Positions 39,264 to 49,549 of a DNA stretch of 64,000 nt are shown here, piece by piece. The stretch covers positions 947,644 through 1,011,643 of the forward strand of contig NW_003314262.1 in assembly GCF_000143415.4 (NCBI RefSeq), given 5' to 3'. This DNA is from Selaginella moellendorffii (Eukaryota; Plantae; Lycopodiophyta). Position 1 is the stretch's first letter. Every line of letters begins with the position of its first letter. A model generated the notes under the pieces. That model was not told the origin of the DNA and made no database searches. It saw only the letters and a list, made by a program, of their open reading frames with translations. A program made the translations under genes and the position numbers.

Positions 39264-39275
39264 TGGTATCGGAGC
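39264..39275 (+). promoter_or_regulatory. Primer-binding site, initiator tRNA-Met type (TGGTATCGGAGC)
   Basis: 3 nt after the LTR end; one mismatch to canonical TGGTATCAGAGC. Confidence 0.9.
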
Positions 39276-39319
39276 CTTCTCCTCAGTTCGAGCGAAGGAT
39301 AGAGGCGGATTGCTGGGAG

Positions 39320-42300
39320 ATGGCAAGGGCAGGGCGTAAGCGAACCCAAGCGGAGACAGAACCTCCGCCAGAGCTGGAGCCTCCGGTCGAACAAGAGGCT
39401 ATGGATGAGGAATCCTTGCATGAGGAGGACTCTAGTGAGGAAACTTCCAAACAGGAGTCCGGTGGCGAGGTTCGGTCGTCCAAGGCTCGATTGGATGTTC
39501 TAGAAGGTCAATTGGCGTAGACCAATGCCCTGCTGGAGACTCTCGTACGCAAGCTAAAGCGTGACGAGAAACGGAAGAAAAGGCGAAAGACTGCGGATGC
39601 TGGCAGCGCAGAAGGTGCGGACCCTTCGGCAGGGACTGAGGCAAAACCAGACAAGGTCGAACAGACCGAAGTGGAATCAGTCCCTCAGGCAGTTCCCAAG
39701 TACAAACCAAAGCCCCCACCGGTGTTCAAGGGAGTGAACGACTATAAGGTTGTGGAGGATTGGTTTTACGATATGGAGGACTACTTCCGAGCGTTACGGT
39801 TACCGAGCTCGGAGAAGGTCCCATGTGCAAAACCATACTTGGCAGATAATGCCAAGTCTTGGTGGAGAACAACGGAGGGCAACGAAGGACCGGTGGCCAC
39901 CTGGGACATGATGAAGGCGAGGATCCGCGCGACATACGTTCCTCCGAATGCCACTCTGCATCTGAGAGATGAGCTGAGTAGGCTGAAGCAGACTGGAACC
40001 ATCCAGGAATATGTGAATGGGTTCATGGCAAAGAGGATACTTGTCACGGACATGGGGGATATGGATGCGTTCCATGCCTTTATATCAGGTTTGCAAACCT
40101 GGGCTCGCGGTGAGGTGATGCGCTGGAACCCGACCAACTACAAGGAAGCGTTGGATGCGGCCATCAAGGTGCATTTCAACGATAACCTGCGAAAGGGGAA
40201 CACGACGGGGTCGGGATCCACGTTTCACAAAGGGGCCAAACCGAGGGGAACATATAGCAGGGGGAAATTCAAGAAGAGTTTCTCTAAGAATGAGTCCTCG
40301 GGATTTCGGAAAGGCAAATCCGGTGGCCAGCGAGCAAGTACGTGGGGGAGTCAAGCGAAAAGAGACAAACCCACAGATAAGAAGGTCAAGTCATATAGCA
40401 GCGTGGGAAACAACGTATGCTATAACTGCGGTGAAGCGGGACACTTTTCGAGGGAATGTCCCTACCCGAAGAAGGCCAGAGCCAATATGGCCATCAAGTC
40501 GGGCGAAGTCCAAAATGAGGTATGTGATCCAGTCCCTAACTCAAAGTTACTCATTACACGAGCAACTTTGGTAGAGAGTCGTTCGCGACATCTACTAGCC
40601 CTCCGAGGGAAGCTCGGAGGTAGCTTTGTTAAGATCCTTATTGACACGGGTGCTTCGGATAATTTTGTGGCTGCAGACATAGTCCGGCAAGCCGGACTAA
40701 CGGTGCAGCGGCTAGGCGAACCAAGGACTATAGAGTTTGTTCAAGGTAGCCAAAGCACCGATGAGGTACTTCGACAAGCGAAAGTCGAAGTAGGGACATG
40801 GAAGGTAGACATGGATTTCACCGTGTTGGACATGGCGGGATTTGACGTGATCTTCGGAATGGATTGGTTCAATCGGTTCGTGGTAGCCCTACATGGACAA
40901 GGTAGGAACCTTGTGGTACTGGCGAATGCCCAAGGAAGAAGATCTAGGGTGGAAGCCCAGCATCTAAAGGTAGGGCAAAGCAAGGCCAAAGAATCCTGCT
41001 TAAACCTGGTGTCCACGAGAGGACAACTCACTAAAGGAACTAAAGCAGCCTTTTTGTGCTTACTCTCGGTGAAGAGTGACAAAAAGACAAGAACGGAAGA
41101 AGTGCCTTTAGTGATCCAGCGGGTGTTGGACCAATTCCAGGATACCATGCCGGAGGAGCTACCGGCGGGGCTGCCCCCAGCACGACCGATAGAACATAAG
41201 ATTGAGCTGGTCGAGGGTGCTGAGGCAGTGGTTCGTCCCCCTTATCGTTTGAACGAAAAAGAACTCAAGGAGCTCAAGTGCCAACTAGAGGAGTTGGTGG
41301 ACAAAGGGTATGTTAGGTTGAGCAAGTCGCCGTATGGGGCGCCGGTGTTATTTGTGAAAAAGAAAGATGGATCTATGCGCATGTGCATAGACTACCGCTT
41401 GCTCAACAAGTATACAAAGAAGAACAAGTACCCTTTGCCAAGGATTGAGGACCTGTTCGATAGGTTGGGAAAGGCAAAATACTTCTCGAGGATTGACCTA
41501 AGGTCAGGATACTACCAGATTAGGGTAGCCGAGGAAGATGTCGAGAAGACAACCTGTCGAACGAGGTATGGGAGCTTTGAGTTTCTGGTGATGCCCTTCG
41601 GGCTATGTAATGCGCCGGCAACGTTTTCGGCGCTAATGAACCACGTCTTTGTACCCTATCTGGATCACTTCGTGGTCGTCTATATCGACGACATCCTGAT
41701 CTATAGCGAGACGCTAGAAGAGCATGCCGAACACTTGGCGAAGGTGTTTGAGAAACTAAGGGAACACAAGCTGTATGCTAAAGAGAGCAAATGTGACTTT
41801 GCTCAACAAGAGGTAAAGTTTCTCGGGCATGTGGTGGGCCAAGACGGGCTCAAGGTGGACCCGGAGAAGGTCCAAGCGATCCAGGAATGGGAGCGACCAT
41901 CGAATGTACATGAGTTGAGGGCGTTCCTGGGGCTATGCAACTACTATCGAAAGTTTATCAGACACTATTCGAGAGTAGCCCTGCCCTTAACGAACCAAAC
42001 AGGAAAAGGGAAGATGGTATGGACAGCAGAATGCGAGGCGGCATTCGTCCACCTCAAAGGGAAGTTGAGGAAGGCTCCCGTATTGGCATTGCCAGACTTT
42101 GGTAAGGACTTTGAGGTAGAAACGGATGCTTCGGACTTTGTGTTGGGCGCAGTTCTGAAGCAAGACAACCATCCGGTAGCGTTCTTCTCGAAGAAGTTGG
42201 ACAAGGCTCAACGGAAGTGGCCCGCCCATGAGAAGGAATTGTTTGCGGTGGTCAAGGCACTCAAGGAGTGGCGACACTACCTTGGGAGACACTTCAAGGT

Positions 42301-44092
42301 TTACACGGACAATGTGGCAACGAAACACTTCTTGTCACAGCCCGACCTAAGAGGGAAACAAGGTCGGTGGGCCAATGCCTTGGCCGAGTTTGATTGCGAA
42401 ATTCTGTACAAGCCTGGGAAGAGCAACATCGTGGCGGATGCGCTAAGTCGAAAAGCGAGCTTGAAGTTGGCAATATCCAGCGCAACAGCAACCTTCTGGG
42501 ACGATGTGCGGACAGCATATGAGAACGATGGTCTAGCACAAGAAGTGTTGCTGAGGAATCTAGAGGCGCGGGAAGCTCACCAGAGAGGTGAGCTGCCAAC
42601 GGAAGAGAAAACGGGCTATGCGAAACGCAACAGACTCATTTATTACAAGCAAACGAGGGTGTATGTTCCAGAAGGGGAACTAAGGAAGGTGGCCTTAGAA
42701 GAGTGTCATGACGGACCTCTTGCGGGACACGGCAGAGTGCCCAAGACGATGGGCTTACTCAAGAGGAAGTACCATTGGCCAGATATGGCTAAGGACGTCC
42801 AAGACTATGTAAAGACATGTCCAACATGTCAGCAGGTCAAAGCCGTGACTAAGGCTAGTGGGGGCTTGTTGCAAAACATCCCAATTCCAGATCGCCCGTG
42901 GAAATGTCTTACGATGGACTTCATCACGGGACTACCCCCAAGCGAGGGGTTCGATGCGATATTCGTGGTAGTGGACCGATTTTCAAAGATGGCACATTTC
43001 ATACCCACCACAACGGACGTGGATGCGGAAGGTGTGGCGAAGCTGTTCTTTGAACAAGTGGTTCGAGTGCGGGGAAGGCCGGAAGAGATTATCTCAGATC
43101 GAGATAAGATCTTCACTAGTAGGTTCTGGAGGACACTCCTAGAACAGTATCGCACCAAATTGAAATTCAGCACAGCCTATCACCCACAGACAGGTAATGG
43201 GTATTAAGTCAAGATTGATGGCACTAACACTTCTTGACAGACGGACAAACGGAAAGGGTGAATAGGCAGCTGGAGGATTATTTGCGATGCTATGTCTCGG
43301 GAGACCAGACCGACTGGGTAAGTCATTTGGGACTTGCGGAAATGTGTTATAACAACTCACCACACTCAAGCATCGGGGTGAGTCCATGGGAAGTCATCAA
43401 TGGGCGAGCTATTGAAGGTCCTGTGGAACTCGGCGTGGCCGAGTATCATGGAGAGTTACCCGCAGTGGAGGCATTCACGGCGGAAAGACTCAACATTTGG
43501 AATCTAGTGAGGGATTCCTTGGAACGGGCTCAACAAAGGCAAACTAAGTACGCGAACCAAAAGCGTCGGGATGTGGAGTTCCAAGCTGGGGAGAAGGTGT
43601 GGCTGAACACCAAGAACCTCAGACTACCAAGCTGGATCAGCCGAAAGTTGACCCAAAGGTAAAGACGCATGTATTCCTGTAAATGAATTGATCTTGAGTT
43701 CCTTAAGCAGGTTCGCGGGGCCTTATGAAATTGAGGCACGAATCGGTAAAGTGGCTTACCGACTCCGACTTCCTCGAGAGATGGGGAAGATGCACCCAGT
43801 GTTCCACGTGAACTTACTCAAGCCGTACTTTGAGGATCCGCTTCGCAAGGACCAAGTGAGACCTTTACCTGAGGTTATCCAAGGGGAAGAGGAATACAAA
43901 GTCGAGGCCATCCTCAATGCGCGCAAGAGCAAGCAACAAGGACGCGAGGTGAGAGAGTTCCATGTGAAGTGGAAAGGATTTCCACACTGCGAAGCAACAT
44001 GGGAACCGGAGGAGAACCTAGCGAATGCACGAGATCTAGTGGAGGAATTTCTGCAAGGCAGAACTTTATGTACTTATGCAAAATTCAATTAA
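39320..44092 (+). CDS. gag-pol: Spliced gag-pol polyprotein (Gag, CCHC, PR, RT, RNase H, IN, chromodomain); exons 39320-43193, 43241-43658, 43711-44092; one in-frame TAG at 39518-39520
   Basis: [34 protein letters not shown] zinc finger, [16 protein letters not shown]|DGQTER, KLTQR|FAGPY and YKVEAIL...VKWKGF...TWEPEENL. Confidence 0.9.
40520..40574 (+). other. Candidate optional intron at gag/protease junction (55 nt)
   Basis: GAG|GTATGT donor, CTAAC at 40536-40540, TTTGGTAG acceptor. Splicing shifts frame to RVVRDIY* (TAG 40596-40598). Confidence 0.55.
43194..43240 (+). other. Spliceosomal intron in integrase core (47 nt)
   Basis: CAG|GTAATG...CTAAC...TTCTTGACAG|AC; removal restores [14 protein letters not shown]. 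Confidence 0.92.
43659..43710 (+). other. Spliceosomal intron in integrase GPY/F region (52 nt)
   Basis: AAG|GTAAAG...TTCCTTAAGCAG|G; removal restores [12 protein letters not shown]. Confidence 0.92.
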
Positions 44093-44187
44093 AAATATCA
44101 ATTTGCAAAGTTGAGCAAATGGCATATGTTGGGACCCGAAGGCGCGCCAAAGGTAAGCTAATTAGCATGGGTTGGATAGGTTGACCA

Positions 44188-44474
44188 GGCGTAGGGCACT
44201 ACGCCCGACTCCCTGCGGGGATGTCGAATCCGTAGACGTATTCTACGGAGGTTGGGTTCGAGTCCCAACCCCCTAGTAAAGCAAGGCTGGGTTCAAGTCC
44301 CGACCCTATACTAGGGCGTGGTGAGGTGAGGAGTATAGGGACACCTATATTCCGTTGTCATGGGCTCTTGGCCGGGGAGGCTAACTTAGGCACACCGCTA
44401 AGTGGGGGGATGCCCCCGGAGACATGGACAACAAGTCGTAGGATAAAACGAGACGTTCGATGTGGGCATCGAAC
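44188..44474 (+). other. Structured 3' UTR RNA element of family A
   Basis: GGCGTAG/CTACGCC, CCGTAGA/TCTACGG, GGTTGGG-TTCGAGT-CCCAACC, GGG-TTCAAGT-CCC inside CCCTAGTA/TACTAGGG, GGAGTATAGG-GACA-CCTATATTCC, a multibranch domain, and GTTCGATG-TGGG-CATCGAAC before the PPT. Confidence 0.72.
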
Positions 44475-45838
44475 TTCTTCTATGGGTGGTGGAGTTGTAA
44501 GGAACCGACTCCCCGAGATGTCGTAGGCTAAAGGATCCCCAAAAGCTTGACCGAAGTGACAAAGAGTTCATCGGATGGGACCAAGTCGAGGATCGAGTCC
44601 AAGACCGACTCTAGGACCGAGTTCGAGATAGAGTCCGGAATCGAGTCCGAGACCGACTCGGGGACCGAGTTCGAGTCCGAGTTCGAGACCGAGTTCGAGA
44701 CGGAGTCCGAGATCCGAAATCGGGTCCAAGACCGAGTCCGAGGTCGAGTCCGAGGTCGGGTCCGAGATCGGGTCCGAGATCGAGTCCGTGATCGAGTCCG
44801 AACCCGAATCCGAAGTCGGATCCGAAATCGGGTCCGAGATCGAGCCAGAGACTAAGTCCAAATACTAATACGGGTCAAGGGGTGAAAGCCCAAAGCGTGC
44901 GTCTCCCAGGGGGGGGGGGCTGCAGGGGGTTCCAAAAGTATAGTAGGGATAGTGAGGTCCATTAACCAGTTTTGAAGGGACTCTCCAGTTGGGCTTCCAA
45001 ACCGACTTGAGGTTGGGACTGGGACCGAGGGGCCTTGGGTGGGAGTGAGCATGGACTTGGCTGGTGCCGGAGGGGCCATCCAAGGAAGTGCTCAAGAGCA
45101 GCTCCCACTCCCGAAAGGGAAACCGATTGCGGTGCTCCCGGCTCATGTGGAGTGGTGCCCCACTTGAGTACCATGCGGCTCATTGGTCCTCGCCCTTCCT
45201 AGGGGCTTGGGCCTTCCTTCGGGATGGAAGTGGGGGGCGAGAGGTACCCATACCGGGCCGCTAGGCCACGGTGTTTCGCCCCGGCGTCCCGAAGCAAGTG
45301 TTGCACTCAAGACTTGGGATTTAGAGGGTCCCATGATCAAGTCTTGTGGTACCAAGGGATGTTAGGAACCTGGAAGCTTGGTGTGCTTGGCTGCTTGTGC
45401 TTGCGGGGAGTGTAGCCGAACCTTAAGTCCAGTCTAACCCGGGGAGGGGGATTGGGAGTGATTTGGGAATCCATGGAAGGATGGCTAACACTCCGTTGCT
45501 CGTGCAGTGAGTAGCTGAAACCAAGTAGGAGCTGGTACCATAGGCGAGAACCTTGGCAAGGGAACTTAGCAAAAGCCAAGGCAGTGTTGGACGGATAGGC
45601 GAGGTAAGCTGGCAAAGTGGAAAGGAAAAATTTGTGGCTTACACTTTCATTCAAAGCCATTTCTTTGAACACTTGGGAACTAGTTCCCAAATCTTGATAG
45701 CCTCACCTTATGGTAAACTTCAAAACCACACTTCTACTATACTACTCTGATTTTGCACAATCCCATAACCCATTTACACTTGTCTTTCTAGGTATCAACT
45801 TACCCAAAATTGTCTTTGGGAACATTGAAGGGACTTTA

Positions 45839-46990
45839 TGTAAGGAACCGACTCTCCGAGATGTCATAGCCTAAAAGATCCCCAAAAGCATGACCAAAAT
45901 GACAAAGAGTTCATCGGATAGGACCGAGTCGAAGATCGAGTCCAAGACCGACTCTGAGACCGAGTTCGAGATAGAGTTCGGGATCGAGCCTGAGGCCGAA
46001 TCAGAGACCGAGTTCAAGACCGAGTTCGAGACAGAGTCCAAGATCCAAATCGGGTCCGAGACTGAGTCCGAGGTCAAGTCCGAAGTTGAGTCCGAGATCG
46101 GGTCCGAGATCAAGTCCGAGATCGAGTCTAAGACCGAGTCCAAAGTCGGGTCCGAGATCGAGTCCGAGATCGAGTCTGAGATCGAGTCCAAGACTGAGTC
46201 CGAATACTAATACGGGTCAACAGGTGAAAGCCCAAAGTGTGCATCTCCCGGGGGGGGGGGGGGCTGTAGGGGGTTCCAAAAGTATAGTAGTCCAGGAACC
46301 AATCTTGAAGGAACTCTCCAGTGGTGCTTCCAAACTGACTTGAGGTTGAGACTAGGGCTGAGGGGCCTTGGGTGGGAATGAGCATGGGCTTGGGTGGTGC
46401 CGGAGGGGCCACCCAGGGAAGTGCTCCAGAGTAGCTCCCACTCCCGAAAGGGAAACCGACTGCAGTGCTCCCAGCTTATGTGGAGTGGTGCCCCACTTGA
46501 GTACCTTGTGGCTCATTGGTCCTCGCCCTTCCTAAGGGCTTAGGCCTTCCCTTCGGGATGGAAGTGGGGGGGGGGTAGAGGTACCCATACCGGGCCGTTA
46601 GGCCACGGTGTTTTGCCCTGATGTCCCGAAGCAAGTGTTGCACCTAAGGCTTGGGATTTAGAGGGTCCCATGATCAAGTTTTGTTGTACCAAGGGGTGTT
46701 AGGAACCTGGAGGCTTGGTGTGCTTGGCTGCTTGTGCCTGCAGGGAGTGTAGCCGAACCTTAAGTTTAGTTTAACCAGGGGAGGGGGATTGGGAGAGATT
46801 TGGGAATCTGTGGATGGATGGCTAATGCTCTATTGCTCTTGCAGTGAGTAGCTGAAACCAAGTAGGACCAAGTAGGAGCTGGTACAATAGGTGGGAACCT
46901 TAGCGAAGGAACTTAGCACAAGCCAAGGCAGTGTTGGTCAGATAGACGAGGTAAGCTGGCAAATTGGAAAGGAAAAATTTGTGGCTTACA
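45839..46990 (+). mobile_element. Solo LTR, family A
   Basis: TGTAAGG...GCTTACA; perfect TSD CTTTA. Confidence 0.95.
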
Positions 46991-49449
46991 CTTTATCCCT
47001 TAGCTCATAAGATTTTTAATTGCCATATGTTTAATATAGATAATTCCATATTTAAACTCTCTATGGTATCATGGTTGCTAATAATATACCACTCAAGCCT
47101 CCATTTGATTCTCCACCCTTGGTTATGCCCTTCGATTCCTATGGTTTGGTTTTCTCCCTTTACTACTTGCTTTTGGCGTCATAGGTTTCCTTTGGTCATT
47201 CTCCTCCAGACTAGAAGGATAGTTTTGCACTTTCTACCATGCTTTAGCAAGTATTCATAAGGATGAACCTACCCGATAGCTTAGGGAGTGGTTCCTCAAT
47301 CTGGGTATGCTTACCTTGTAATCCCATACATCGGGATTAATGTTGCTACTTATGGGCCTTTATATACCCATCACTAACTTTGCCAAAATCCCTTTTTAAC
47401 TTTGTCCAATTTGGGTAGAAGACTTCTCTTGCCTTTGCAACTTTGAACGTTTGGATAGCACCTCCTATCTATCATTCGCTAGGGACTTAGTCCCTTAGGC
47501 TTTATCTAATGCCCTCACGACACTAAACACCACTTCCTAGTGTTTTAGAGTGTTTGGGTGTCCCAATGGTGGCCTTTTTTGGTAATGAGCATTCCCTTTA
47601 CAATATTAACTTACTATATCACAACATAAGCAATTTATCCTTTATAAGGGTATGTTTAACTTCTTTATCCCAATAAAAAATCTTAGGTAGTTACCTTCTA
47701 CTAGTTTAATCAATTATTTTGCACCTTTTTACTTAGTTACCTCATAGTTGTCAAGTTCTACAACTCATTGCTAGTGCTTCCACACCTCCATCATTATTTT
47801 GGGTCATCACACTCTAACCGCATGCCTTTCAGCTTAAGCTATGCCATTCCCATTTCCATTAGAATTCCTTTAGGAAGGGGTTGTCATGAACTTACCAATT
47901 TGACCTCAAAGCATCATGCCTTGGCACATTCGGTGTCTTCACACCATCAGCTCCACGAGCTTACCTTTATGACACTTTTTACTTGTATATAGGTTTTTGT
48001 CAAGACCAATACAATCATTTTTCATACCAATTATCCATTAGTATTGCACTATATAATTTCCACACAACTTTGTGTCAAAATTACTTTCTTCTGGGAACCC
48101 CTTTCCCGTAACTTTAATATGGCACATTTTGCCATCAATGAGGATACCCATTGTTCTCACACTTGGATCCTATGATCCTTCCTATACTTCCAACACACCT
48201 TAGTCCAAATGCTTCCATCAGTCCTCTAGGACCATTCCTTGATTCCACTTGAGTCATCTAGCTTTTTGGACTTTACTAATTCAATGACGTATAAAGTCCC
48301 ATTTTTGAGGTGCCAACTTGTTAAAATATAATTTTTTGTATTCATGTCCTACCTATAAGGATAATTTTTGCAAATGTTACTCCTACACTTGATTATTCTT
48401 TGTTCCATATAGGCTACCTTTGCCCCTTTAGGACTAATTGTCTATATAATAAAAATACCAACTCATCCTCTAAGTACACCCCCAATCCCTTGAGTTGTTC
48501 TAGCATTTATTATGGGTAGCCCTGGCTACCATTTCAAGGACTTGTGTGTCCTCATCCATATTTGACCTCTCACAGTCATTAATTCTAGTTTCAAATTCAT
48601 GAGCACTAACCTCAACTATATGAGGATAATCTTGTAACTCCTTCATTATTTTGGAGTCTTTATGTTTCCCGTGATCCCAACTATAGTTGTTTATCACAAC
48701 TACAATAGCCAGTTTGCTAAGTCAAACGCTCATTTGGATCACATCCTCAACTCTCTGAGGAAAACCTTATACTATTCCCAAAATCCTAAAGTCATTCCAT
48801 TATTAGCCCTTTTTTATCCACCACGTCACCTACAAGTTCGGACATGAACTATAGTGGAAAGCCATATCTCCCCACGAAGTCCCCTTTCTGTCCATGGCTG
48901 TATTTGCCAATACTGCCACTAGGACAAAGCCCACAGGCCTGACCACTAAGTCCCACTGTCCTTTGGGACTTCCTCACCACATAACCATATCCTTGGTCAT
49001 TACACCAAAGGATTGCTCCTTTTTCTTTCCACCATCTGGGTCTCTGGGACAACATTTCGGAACACCGTGGCCCTATGTGAGCCTCGTGGGTACTCTCCCC
49101 ACCTTCTGCCTTTGGGTGCTCTAGCCATGGGCTTAGAGCGAGGTTTCATTGAGCCATGCCAGGTATCCAAGTAGGTATTGCCACCCATGCTTGGATTGGG
49201 AGCATCGACCATTCGATCTTCCAAGGGAACTACACCCAACTCTTGAACACCTCACCAAGTTACCACATTTGTCAGTCTATATTCACTCTAGCCTTGGACT
49301 TCTTAGTGATCATCTCATCACCCAACAACTGGGTATGGCTTTCCTAGGCTAAACTGGCCTTTCCTGGCCAAATGGGCTCCACTAGGCTCCAACCCCCACA
49401 CTCTCCCTACTATACTTCTGGAACCCCTTGAACCCCCCCCCCCCCCCCC

Positions 49450-49549
49450 NNNNNNNNNNNNNNNNNNNNNNNNNNNNNNNNNNNNNNNNNNNNNNNNNNN
49501 NNNNNNNNNNNNNNNNNNNNNNNNNNNNNNNNNNNNNNNNNNNNNNNNN
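49450..49549. other. Assembly gap (100 N) at LTR poly-C tract
   Basis: Run of N. Confidence 1.

Larger units (their letters stand above)
38101..45643 (+). mobile_element. Young full-length chromovirus (Ty3/gypsy, family A)
   Basis: LTRs 38101-39260 and 44496-45643 (TG...CA) differ by one 12-bp repeat unit and a few substitutions. TSD CTTTC; PBS 39264-39275; PPT 44482-44495. Confidence 0.97.

Noticed and set aside
39507-39559. Intron removing the gag TAG
   Set aside because: Weak donor GTCAAT, and the nearby AGs at 39553 and 39559 do not restore the frame.
43190-43245. Ribosomal frameshift or sequencing error explaining the pol frame break
   Set aside because: There are 47 extra nucleotides with a stop inside an invariant motif, bounded by GT/AG; a frameshift cannot restore the motif.
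44250-44302. tRNA genes at the GGTTCGAGTCCC motifs
   Set aside because: Isolated T-arms with no D-arm, anticodon arm or acceptor stem in tRNA spacing.
44350-44430. Known self-cleaving ribozyme in the junction domain
   Set aside because: No hammerhead CUGAnGA/GAAA core and no consistent HDV or twister pseudoknot across the three copies by eye; an Infernal search would settle it.
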